Assembly (NCBI GenBank): GCA_048013815.1
Contig: CM106585.1
Coordinates: 17,794,001 to 17,858,000, forward strand
Length of the DNA: 64,000 nucleotides
DNA from: Setoptus koraiensis
Lineage: Eukaryota > Animalia > Arthropoda
Direction: 5' to 3'
In this document: piece after piece, positions 49,332 through 59,714 of the stretch
How the letters are laid out: every line of letters begins with the position of its first letter
Position numbering within the stretch: position 1 is the stretch's first letter
The notes under the pieces: model-generated
Seen by the model: only the letters and a program-made list of their open reading frames with translations
Databases searched by the model: none
Told to the model about the DNA's origin: nothing
Translations under genes and position numbers: made by a program

Positions 49332-51084
49332 TCATTCCGACAATGATTCCTGTTCGCTCACGTCGTCTATGTTCGAAACATACGATCTCTCTGATCCAAT
49401 CGATTCATTTGATCGATTTATTTCGGATTCCGCTGATTCTTGTGACTGTTTGCTGTCTTCTGCTGGAACCGGCTTGGATATCGGTGACGACATGGTAATG
49501 AATGGTTCAGTTCCTTGCCGTAACAAACCATTTTCCTGATCATCTTGAGCTCCTACGATCCTGTTTGATGATGATGCCCTAGAGGTTGTGCTCGGTCGTC
49601 TACCAATAGGCACTTGTTGAGGCGACTGTTCTCTTTGTTTCTTGGGGGGCTTTGATTTACTTTTTTTGCCAGTTCGACGATGACTGATCAATTTTATTTT
49701 CTTCCTTCTTTTTCTGCCGTTCTTCCTCTTACTTTTTGTATCATTTGTTGTGGCAATTTCTCTCTCTTCATTTCTTTTGTCTCTTCTCTGTTGTCTCTTT
49801 TTCTTTTTGTCATCATTGTAATTTTCATTGCTATCCGATTGCTCCACTCTGCCGATTGGATCCCGGTCAAGAATTCGGCTACTATCTTGACCACTTCTAT
49901 CACTGGTGGAATCAGATGTATTTGTCCCTCGGCTGCTCTCTTCCGGTTGAGACAAAAACTCTGTCTGGTCTGTCAACCAGTTAGATTCCATTACTTTCAC
50001 CACACTGGGCCTGGAACGTGGGTCTGGATTAAGCATACGCTTGACTAAATCTTTGGCTTGGTCACTTATACTATTCACTTTGTCAGCGGCAAATGACCAA
50101 TTATTGGCAATCTGGTTCTTTACTATTTCAGTTAAATTAAGGCTCTCGAAAGGCAACTTATTGTTAAGCATTACGTACAAAACAACTCCCAGACTCCAGA
50201 TATCACTTTGAGTCGGATCATAGGGTACATTGAGTAGGATCTCAGGGGGCACATAAGAGATGGAGCCTGAAAACAAAAGGCCGTTGTGGGGGAGAGGATA
50301 GTTCGAGGCAACAGTTAGACACTAGCAATTGTTAACATTTATCGATTATTTTGGAGAAATAGGGAATTCGTTGTTCCATTGTAACATCCAGTCTTTCTCA
50401 AATGGTATTTTGACACTTACCGCAATAAGTGGTGCTCATGAGTTTGTGTCTAGTTTCTGTGTCGTATATGATACAAGCAAACCCAAAGTCAGTCAATTTT
50501 ATAGAGCCACGATTGATAAGCAAATTCTCGCATTTAATGTCTCTGTGGGCAACACCAAGCTTGTGACAATAGGATAGGGCATCGGCGGCCTGTTTGAACC
50601 ATTCTCTGGCCTTTGGTTCAGTTAAAGCGCCGTTTGACACTATGAAATCTAACAAATCGCCACTATCGGCCAATTCCATAAATATATACAAGTTTGGCTG
50701 TATGAGAAATATCTCGTGCAGAAATATTATATTGGGATGGTTTAGTTTTTTCAATATCACAATCTCCCTTGGCAATAGTTTGTAAATGAAATTAGAAGTG
50801 GCTTTGCCTATATTGATAATTTTGACCGCACAATCTACACCATTGTGTCTGGCTCGGTGGACGCGCGAAAAACTGCCTGAGTTCAATTTCACGCCTATTA
50901 AAAAGCCGTGTTTCTGTAAGTCGTGAATCGACTCCAATGTGGTCACATCTTTCGAACTGGCGTCGCCCGGTTTGCTAGTCTGACTTGATTCTGACTGATT
51001 ATTATTATTGTTATTATTGGTTGATTTTAGGCTAGACTTAGAGCTTTTTGGCGGCGGTTCACGAAAATATTGTTCTTCTGACAT
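49332..51084 (-). CDS. TSSK: Testis-specific serine/threonine kinase-like (TSSK), 2 exons, 532 aa
   Basis: Exons 51084-50421 and 50266-49332; phase-1 intron GTAAGT...TTTCAG restores TYCGSISYVPPE. AVK, HRDIKCENLL, DFG, PYDPTQSDIWSLGV. Long charged C-tail. Confidence 0.85.
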
Positions 51085-52204
51085 GATTTCTCCTAGCCTT
51101 ATTTTTGGTTCTGAGAGAAAGACCTATCCAACCACGCATCAGGTCAACAGTTAGCCAAGACCAGCGGTGCTAGGATGATGAATATGACTTGGACAATGAT
51201 CACTCTTTCTATACAGTTCTCTCTAGACAGAAAAACAACAACAATCACCCTCGTGATCATCAATTAATCTGGTGGCGTGATGCTCAGCACAGAGGATACA
51301 CGCTAGGCAAAGTACAAAGAGTGAGTGAGTGAAGGCTCGAGATCTCCCCTACACAATGTTGTTTCTCATTAAGTATCAATCAACCAACATCATGCCATCA
51401 ATTTGAGAATTTCGTATCTGTTAAACCAAATCGATTGATGATACATGTTTTGGTTGACAAAAACCGTTGAATCTCATACAAACGATTTCGGGTAGTTCCA
51501 ACCACCGATCTTGTTCCACCCAATCATTATTGGAATCTAAACCACATAATCTAAAGCACTATTCTTATAATCATAAGAGGCGCAGAGACGAAGGAAAGAT
51601 ATGGAAAGGCCAAGATCTAGGTTAGTCAAATCAAACAGCTCAGTATGGTATAAAGTGATTGATTTCCTCTGAAAATATCGTCACTTGACATTATTCGCAA
51701 AAATTCGATGTTTCCGGTTAAAGAATGGTGCACACTAGGAGGATTTGTGCGGCTTCGGTTCAGATACAAACTGTTACAGTTAACTTATAACCAGAGAGAC
51801 TCGGCTCCAAAGTTCAGAGTCTTCAGAGTTTGAACCGATTTTGCTTTTTCCCGTAGATCATATCTATAAGGATTATTATCAGATTATGATTATCTATCAA
51901 AAAACAAAGTAATACGATCAGCAACTGTCAGTGCGATGATTCTTTTGATGCTGATTTTGACAAAACTGAATGCTGAAAAGAATCACTAGAGGCGCTGTTG
52001 AAGCTACATAATGAAGAATGAAGTGGCGCTCTCTAGTGATAAAAAGACTCAACCGAACAAATGCTTTTTCGAATTGCATTGTGCAACCTGTCAGCTGATG
52101 ATGATTTGTCTGTCCATCAGGATCCAAAATGTTGTAAAGGATTTATTTTTATTTCTCATTCATTTGCATAAAATACTCGCAATTAGATAGAGTGACAATC
52201 AATT

Positions 52205-53221
52205 ATGGGCAAGACATCTAGTTGCATTGGATTAATAATCCATGCAACTAAATTATTACCAGTGGCAGTGACATGTACACTGTTTTTCTGGGGTTGGTAC
52301 GCATACGTTTTTCAATTGGCTTTATCTAACATGGACTCATGGCTACAACAGTTCGTCTGCCTAACTTGTTTGCAAATTTTATATGTGTTAGCATTATGGT
52401 CTTATTTCCAGACAGTATTAACACCGATGGCTAAGATACCCTCCAAATTTTACTTAAGTGTTGAAGCTACAGATCAATTGGTTAGAGCAACAACAGAACA
52501 ACAAAGAGATGAAATATTAGCCTATGTAGCAAAGAGCTATGATTTGCCCGTAGCTTGCAGAACATACTCAGGTTCCATACGATATTGTGAGAAATGTAAT
52601 CTAATCAAACCAGACAGAGCCCATCATTGTTCAATATGCAAAGTATGTGTTCTTAGGATGGATCATCATTGTCCATGGATTAACAATTGTGTATCATTCA
52701 CCAATTATAAATGTTTTGTATTATTTCTTGGTTATACATTCGGATTATGCCTGTTTAGTGGCGCAACAACCCTACCATATTTTCTAAAATTTTGGCAAAT
52801 TACCAGCACTGATAATAACAACAATAACACCACCCAACCGGCTAGTGGATCGGCATTTGCAGCAAGATTTCACATATTGTTCCTATTCTTTGTATCTACC
52901 ATGATATCATTTGGACTAATGTTTCTATTCTTCTACCACATACATTTAGTGTTGAAAAATAGATCTACCCTCGAAGCGTTCCGTCCACCATTAATGCGTT
53001 ATGGGCCAGACAAGAATGCTTTTAATTTGGGTAAATATGAAAATTTTGTTCAAATATTTGGTAATAGCAAACTGTTGTGGTTCATACCTGTACAAACTAC
53101 ATTAGGCAACGGATTGAGTTTTAAACAAAGAAGACGATTAGAGACAGGCGATGAAGAGGTTCGTCAAGAACTATTAACGAACAATAATATTCTCAATAAT
53201 AATAATGACACAGAAGTTTGA
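52205..53221 (+). CDS. ZDHHC: DHHC palmitoyltransferase (ZDHHC2/15/20-like)
   Basis: [37 protein letters not shown] (TTxE-like), [16 protein letters not shown] (PaCCT-like), 4 TM. Confidence 0.95.
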   Translation: MGKTSSCIGLIIHATKLLPVAVTCTLFFWGWYAYVFQLALSNMDSWLQQFVCLTCLQILYVLALWSYFQTVLTPMAKIPSKFYLSVEATDQLVRATTEQQRDEILAYVAKSYDLPVACRTYSGSIRYCEKCNLIKPDRAHHCSICKVCVLRMDHHCPWINNCVSFTNYKCFVLFLGYTFGLCLFSGATTLPYFLKFWQITSTDNNNNNTTQPASGSAFAARFHILFLFFVSTMISFGLMFLFFYHIHLVLKNRSTLEAFRPPLMRYGPDKNAFNLGKYENFVQIFGNSKLLWFIPVQTTLGNGLSFKQRRRLETGDEEVRQELLTNNNILNNNNDTEV

Positions 53222-53900
53222 TTTATTTATGTATTTAGTCACGCTATGAAAAGATAAAAAAAGTTCGAATTTTAAAATTTTCACTGTTTCTACTTGCGAT
53301 TTTTCTCTTTCCTTACCCAACGAATGAAATGTTAGTTTTCAATTTGACGTTTCATATTTTCTTCTTTAGGGTGATAATGTCATAATCAATGATTTATCAT
53401 TGTACGGATAGATTATGGGATCGCTTATTTATTTTGTATGATTTGTGATTGGGCCATGAGAGAATAAGAGTGTGACAAATTTACTATAAGGCTATCTGCG
53501 GCTGATTATTGCCCAACCTTGTGAAGCATTCATTATTTCATAATCTAATTTATCGATCAGTACGACTTTTACGACAATGATAGCAGCGAAGAGATGATTC
53601 ACTTCATGTACAAGGATTTGGCAACCAATCTGTATGAAGATATAATTATATTCAGACACGTTCTATAACTTTTTGTCAGACACATGCCCAGAAAAGTGTT
53701 GCCGCGTAGAGACAATTCGTTATGACGCAATCCGCTGAACTGTCAGAAGACTTTTTCTGTCCCTCCAATTGTTTTCCGAAGCGCGAGCTTAAATCCATTG
53801 TTTGAGCTCAGACAAAATGTGACAATTTTCTTGCCAATTTCCACTCATTATAAATATCTCAACAGTTGCACCGTGGTCAAACGTCGGTCACACGATAAAA

Positions 53901-55652
53901 ATGAATATGAACATATTGTCGCTTTCATCATTTGTTGTTTTGCTGATGCTAAATTCACTCTATTTTTGCAAAATCAGCTGCCTAAAACAGAGAGACAACG
54001 ATGATTATGGATGTGATCTCAAGAAGGTTGAAACTAGGGCTACATACGAGTGCAAAAGAAGATATCCCGGAGAGAAGTGGATAAATATAACCACTTATGA
54101 CAACAGTGTGAAGATCATTGATATAAAACTTGAAACAATTGCAGACACAACCAATGTAACTATAAACAATCCCGCCCCTAAACCATTTATCAACACTGTT
54201 CCATATACTATCAATGTGATATTTGGTAGCAATGATGTTTTGAGGAAGTTTGAAATCGATGATATCATCGCTACGCCAAAGTCAATCACTGATTTAAAGA
54301 ACGAAACTGATAGAATTGAGCATTTCAGAATGAGATTCCGTGATAAAATTGATGACAAAGTTAGAAAATTTGTTTATCCAGAAGAAAAAACACCCGCGCA
54401 AATTTGGTCAAATTATTTACCTATTTCGCCTTATTTTCTTTCTGGTTCTAATGATGCTAGTATGTCTCTAAAAACATACGAGCTAGAATCGTCGGAGATC
54501 TTTTTACATAATGGAGAGAAAAAGTTCGTCATAGTGCCACCATTGAAGGATCATACTACGACTATCAGTTTTCGATCGCTAACTGATATAAAAAACACTG
54601 CAGTTAATCCTAAGCACACTATCACCATCATAGATAAGAAGATTGAATTTGATTGTTCGAAGTGCAATTGCGACGATAAATCAAAACATGAAATGAGGGG
54701 TCACACTCGTTTTAATTTCGTGAATCTAGAGTTAATGGGTAACATAGATAAAATAATATCCAATGTTTGGTATTCTATACGCAACTGTCCTATAGAAATC
54801 GAATTGAATCTCAACTATCACCTCCAAACACAAAATTTTAGATATTCTATCTTGAGATTGATGGGGGCAGGCATGGAATTCCATCATATTGATTCATTTG
54901 CATCACCACCAACCAAATTGAATTGCAATCAAGCTGACATATGCCAAATGGTTCAGAGACTACCTGTGTTTAGGAGACATTTAAGGGGACATTGTTATAT
55001 AGGAAAGGATAAAAGGATTTGGCTTAAAGATGTGAAATCAGAAAATGAAAATCTTCGCCTGATCGAATGTGATGGTCCTCCGCAGACATCATTGGCCAGT
55101 TACGCTGATGAGTTTATCAAGCGACCCCTCCTAGAAGGGCAAAATAACCTCTTGTTAATAGATCCGGAGCGTGTTCCCGCATCAACCACAGAAAAGACCA
55201 CAGTGAAAGACAAAAATGACGATCAAAGACCTAGTTTTGTTGTCATAATTGTTGGTTTGTTTATATTGATTGGAGCATCAATGTTTTTTTTCTTAGTGTA
55301 CTATTTGAATAAGCGACAGCCACCCAAGGTAAGCTTACCACCGCCGATTATTGTAGTAAATACACCACCAAAACAGTTTCGAACTATTAAGTCGAAAAGT
55401 CATTCAAAGACATCCAGATCGAGACGCAAATCGAAATCAGGGAGAAAGTCGCCATTCGTTCCTATGAAACAGAAGAGCGTTATTTTTCAGGAGACACCAG
55501 TAACGATAGACATGTTCATACCGCAAGCAGGAAAATCTTTCAAATCGGTGAAGTCTGCGAAATCTGCAAAATCTGTAAAATCTGCAAAATCTGCCAAATC
55601 ACTCCATAGTGTCAGTTCTAAAGTGGACAAACTATTAGAAAGAATCGGCTAG
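53901..55652 (+). CDS. Single-pass membrane protein of an unrecognised family (member 3); KSVKSAKSA tail
   Basis: Signal peptide, FVIVPP, CPIEIELNLN, GMEF, LNCNQADIC, TM FVVIIVGLFILIGASMFFFLVYYL, basic KS-repeat tail. Confidence 0.8.
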   Translation: MNMNILSLSSFVVLLMLNSLYFCKISCLKQRDNDDYGCDLKKVETRATYECKRRYPGEKWINITTYDNSVKIIDIKLETIADTTNVTINNPAPKPFINTVPYTINVIFGSNDVLRKFEIDDIIATPKSITDLKNETDRIEHFRMRFRDKIDDKVRKFVYPEEKTPAQIWSNYLPISPYFLSGSNDASMSLKTYELESSEIFLHNGEKKFVIVPPLKDHTTTISFRSLTDIKNTAVNPKHTITIIDKKIEFDCSKCNCDDKSKHEMRGHTRFNFVNLELMGNIDKIISNVWYSIRNCPIEIELNLNYHLQTQNFRYSILRLMGAGMEFHHIDSFASPPTKLNCNQADICQMVQRLPVFRRHLRGHCYIGKDKRIWLKDVKSENENLRLIECDGPPQTSLASYADEFIKRPLLEGQNNLLLIDPERVPASTTEKTTVKDKNDDQRPSFVVIIVGLFILIGASMFFFLVYYLNKRQPPKVSLPPPIIVVNTPPKQFRTIKSKSHSKTSRSRRKSKSGRKSPFVPMKQKSVIFQETPVTIDMFIPQAGKSFKSVKSAKSAKSVKSAKSAKSLHSVSSKVDKLLERIG

Positions 55653-56408
55653 ACATATTATATCGACATTATTTTTTTGCATATCTCATAAATTAATTGA
55701 TTTGCTGAAATAAAATCTCTAATCACATAGCTGACTTCTCAGTCTGACCTCTCGAGTGACAACGTACGTTGCATAACGCCATTTCAAACGAAACAGGTCG
55801 CTTAAATTACATTCCGTCATTGATTGCTGGCATAAACAAATGTCACTTCGTGTGCGATGAACTAAAAACAGTAAGACACTGCATTTTTACTACCTTACCA
55901 ATTATCTTCATGTAATAATCATGTAAATACTAAATCATGTAAAAAAGACATTCTTCTCCACTTGATCGGCACTATGCTTTGATGCATGAGCTATCTAAAA
56001 CTGTTAGCTCCGAAAAGCTTGTGTTAAGAATTTAATAATATGACCTTATCTAGATGTGGAAAGTCGGTGGCAACAACTATATTCTGTGATTCTATAGCTA
56101 AGTGATCATATGAAGAAATATGATCATATTCAAAACGGTATCGACATCATAATCATCTTTTTGTTCTTACTATCCAATTACAACAAAGCGTCAGAAGATG
56201 GATCTGTTGTTCATCCATAGATAAGTAACAAACAAGTTGGCATTAATTGCATGATTGTTTGTGTCGAACATTATCATTGTATCGTAAAAGGACTCATGCG
56301 TCGTCACTGTTGATCTCTATTTTTAGATAATTTTGCAACAATACAATAACATAGCATAATTATACACTTGATTTGGCTACCCCGATAGCCAAATTATGAC
56401 TAATCTCC

Positions 56409-56460
56409 AGTTTATTACAGAGTAATAAACTAATTCACTGTTTATTACAGAGTGATAAAC
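56409..56460. repeat. Two tandem palindromes (30-bp period) GTTTATTAC-AGA-GT(A/G)ATAAAC
   Basis: The first copy is a perfect inverted repeat with a 3-nt loop; the second has one mismatch. About 90-140 nt upstream of the helicase ATG. Confidence 0.85.
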
Positions 56461-56551
56461 TACACACAAAAATACACACCCAAACTTCACATGATGTTGA
56501 CTATGGCACAACTGTAGGTTCAAAGAATACTCTGAAAAAATCATTGTTCTC

Positions 56552-58957
56552 ATGAGTGCGCTAGAGCTAATTATAATTTCAGCAGTTCTGTTGTTGCTGC
56601 TGATTATATATTTATTGATTCGAGCGAAACGTAGAATAAATCAACGAAAAAAATCTGCAGACCAATCGGTATCTCATGAACGTGATTGTCATTATGGTTA
56701 TGACAATCCAGATCAAAGTGCTCATCAGATCAACGTGGAGCCACAGGAGAATGTTTTAAAGCAAGATAATTCAAATGATGGCGATCTAGAGCTAAACAGT
56801 AAGGAGCAAGACGATTTAGAACGATTAGAAATAGCAAAGGAAGAAGATGAGTTATTAGATCTAAGGTTAATAGATATGAGGAAAAAGGAAGAAGCATTGA
56901 AAATGGAGAATTTGATCAAAGAAGAGAAACACCGGCAAGAAATTGAATTGTCCTTGGATAAAAAATTGTCTTTCTACGACGAATGGCTCGATCAAGATCT
57001 TGAAGAATGCGAACACAAACTGACAAAAATCGCTTGGAGGCAAGCAAACGATGGATGCCTCATCGCCGAGATAAAATTATGCGCCATTGAGCCCTCTTTT
57101 CTCCATGATGTTGGCAAATTAACTAGGCTAGAATTGTCCGAACACGATGAGAATGATGTCATGAAATGGTCAGCCATAGGTCACCTCTATGAAGGAAGTG
57201 TTTCAGATAAGAACCTCATAGAAATCAAGATGAAAGCAATGAAAAAATGTAAGCCGACAAAGGGCTTGTTCAAGATTGTCAATATCGATCGACGGATCAC
57301 TCACCACAAGAAGATTGATTTTCTTAAGGATCGAATAAAAAGAATTTCAACTGACAGTTTATTGTGCAAGCTGATTCTCGCAATCAACAAGAGTACAGTT
57401 TACTTTTCCAAACATCTAAACACTTTGCCGGATATACCGCTAGATGAGCTTGATGACGATCGTGACCTGATTTTTCAGTGTCAAAAAGAGGCCGTCAGAA
57501 ATGCTTTGCGCACTCGAGTTAGTTTAGTCGCGGGGCCACCGGGCACGAGCAAAACACTGACTTCAGCCACATTAGCACTGCATCTATTTAGAACAAGATT
57601 GGCAAGCAGCTCGAAAATTCTAATCTGCGCACCCACCAACGAATCTCTAGATAACATTGCCGATGAGATCTATAAGTCAGGCAAATTGAATGTCGTTCGG
57701 ATCGACTTTCAGTTGAATACCAACAGATTGAAAAAGCCTTACTATCTAGATAAACTCTTGATTGACAAGATTAGAAGTGCAATAGTTACGCCATCGTTAG
57801 ATATGGAGCAATCCATTTCTAGCTCATGTCTGCCCCAGGAGCCACTCGCAGAGTATTTGCACTTGTTGGCTTCGGACAAATTGGATTTTTCAACCGTTGA
57901 TTCTTGCGAAGTGAATAAATTGCTAGAACTAAAAACTAAATGCGAGAAAAGAATAATCGATGATTGTCATGTTATCTGCTGCACTTGTGATGCTGTTTTC
58001 AAATTGATCGAATATGGCCCGTATTTATTTGATTCAATCATAGTTGATGAATGCAATCAAGTGAGCGTTCCGGATGGTATATTACTTTTGCAGTTTCTAC
58101 CACGAAGAATTGTGCTTGTAGGCGACAACAAGCAACTGTGTCCCGTTATAAAGGATAAATTCAAGAGAAAATACACCCATTCAAATATCGTTTTTTATAA
58201 CAGACTTTTGAGTATAGGCTTCAAGCCAACAATGCTGGATGTTCAGTGTCTCATACATCCGGAAATATTTAAGTTTTCTAATGAACAATTTTACTACAAC
58301 AGCATCACAAGTGGTCTACCTTTCAATTATTCACAATGGAGAGGATTTCCAAATAGATGTCCATTTCCTAATCAAGAGAGGCCCATTTATTTTCATTGTC
58401 ATAATATTGATAACTTTAGAGAGAAGTCAAAATATTGCTTCGATACCTCGATTAATTGCGGAGAGTTAGACATTGTTTTCACCACAATAGAGGTATTAAT
58501 ATCAAGAGGTATTAGGAGAAAACAAATCGGAGTGATAGTGTCCACCAAGGAACATTGCCAATACTTGATAGATAAAATAACACCAAGAGACTTTGATGGA
58601 AACATCATCACCAACATTCCATCAGATGATTTTATCGAAGTGGACACTGTTGAGGCATTTCAAGGTCGCCACAAAGATTATATTATTGTGTCACTGGTGG
58701 AATCTACGAAATACACGAGCCCTTTAGCTGACATAAACAAACTTAATGTTATGTTAACACGTGCCGCATGTGGACTAATTTTGATCGGAAATGCGCTTAG
58801 TTTACTGCTGAAAAACTATATAATGTTCGACGTGTTGATCGAGAACTTGTCCACGAGAGGCCTATTGTTTGACCAATTATTGTCGGAGAAATCACGACCC
58901 ATCAGATGGAAACAGCGAAATCTTAATAAAGCAGTAAGGCCCAATACATTGTTATAA
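56552..58957 (+). CDS. UPF1-derived SF1 helicase with N-terminal TM anchor and coiled coil
   Basis: GPPGTSKT, ICAPTN, IIVDECNQ, VGDNKQL, FQGRHKD, LNVMLTRA; UPF1 1B-like WSAIGH. N-terminus MSALELIIISAVLLLLLIIYLLIRAKRR. Confidence 0.88.
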   Translation: MSALELIIISAVLLLLLIIYLLIRAKRRINQRKKSADQSVSHERDCHYGYDNPDQSAHQINVEPQENVLKQDNSNDGDLELNSKEQDDLERLEIAKEEDELLDLRLIDMRKKEEALKMENLIKEEKHRQEIELSLDKKLSFYDEWLDQDLEECEHKLTKIAWRQANDGCLIAEIKLCAIEPSFLHDVGKLTRLELSEHDENDVMKWSAIGHLYEGSVSDKNLIEIKMKAMKKCKPTKGLFKIVNIDRRITHHKKIDFLKDRIKRISTDSLLCKLILAINKSTVYFSKHLNTLPDIPLDELDDDRDLIFQCQKEAVRNALRTRVSLVAGPPGTSKTLTSATLALHLFRTRLASSSKILICAPTNESLDNIADEIYKSGKLNVVRIDFQLNTNRLKKPYYLDKLLIDKIRSAIVTPSLDMEQSISSSCLPQEPLAEYLHLLASDKLDFSTVDSCEVNKLLELKTKCEKRIIDDCHVICCTCDAVFKLIEYGPYLFDSIIVDECNQVSVPDGILLLQFLPRRIVLVGDNKQLCPVIKDKFKRKYTHSNIVFYNRLLSIGFKPTMLDVQCLIHPEIFKFSNEQFYYNSITSGLPFNYSQWRGFPNRCPFPNQERPIYFHCHNIDNFREKSKYCFDTSINCGELDIVFTTIEVLISRGIRRKQIGVIVSTKEHCQYLIDKITPRDFDGNIITNIPSDDFIEVDTVEAFQGRHKDYIIVSLVESTKYTSPLADINKLNVMLTRAACGLILIGNALSLLLKNYIMFDVLIENLSTRGLLFDQLLSEKSRPIRWKQRNLNKAVRPNTLL

Positions 58958-59044
58958 CCTCTTTGTCGATCGCAATATATTCGAGGCAGTCGAGTGGCAA
59001 TCAAAATTGAGATACTTTTGTGTTGTTTTGCGCACATACAATAC

Positions 59045-59700
59045 GACAGTGTCCACTTGTTGAGAGTGGCATCTCGGTAATATTATCACAAGGATAGCTA
59101 CCAATTGGGGCATGTCCGACGTTGGATGCAGATGGCAAACGGACGACTCCAGTTTGGAGTCTCCAAACCAGTGCCGTCACAATCGAAAAGCCATTTTTTC
59201 GCGTGCCAACTAGAGCCCGTGAGACAAGTGATCGACAAATAATTTATTTGAAATAAATGCTCATGGACCTTTGTCACACGACTCTAGAATTCCCGAGTGA
59301 CATCTTGCCTGATACTTGCGGTGTGATCTCCAGTCGATACACTATCACTGGTAGTCTATCAGACGCCGTGGAGATGCAAGGCCTGCTCGAGCACTTATCG
59401 GCTGCAACCGTATTTTTTTTTTCAATCGGCTGATCGTCATTTTTTTTTCATTCGGCTGCCTGCCCTGTTGAGCTCGCAATGTTACGAGCTGGCCTGTAAC
59501 TAAAGAGCCGTTGCATTCACGGCGTGCTTGCGACCGATGCAGTGCACTTTCACGTTGTGCGGACCGAGAAATGCGAAACATGCTGATTAAGTGTTTAAAA
59601 CTTGTGATCCACGGGGACAATGAAATGAAATTCTCATACACTTGCAGCATTCACCAAACAGCTTCTAGTCACCATTCCAGGGAATTGAACATCTATTAGT
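59045..59700 (+). repeat. Upstream segment of the helicase tandem unit, duplicated at about 62805-63560
   Basis: Shared blocks TGCAGATGGCA, CTCCAAACC, GAGCCCGTGAG, GCTGGCCTGTAA, plus an identical 28-mer at 59597-59624 and 63470-63497. Confidence 0.85.
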
Positions 59701-59714
59701 CGTATGCCGATTAT

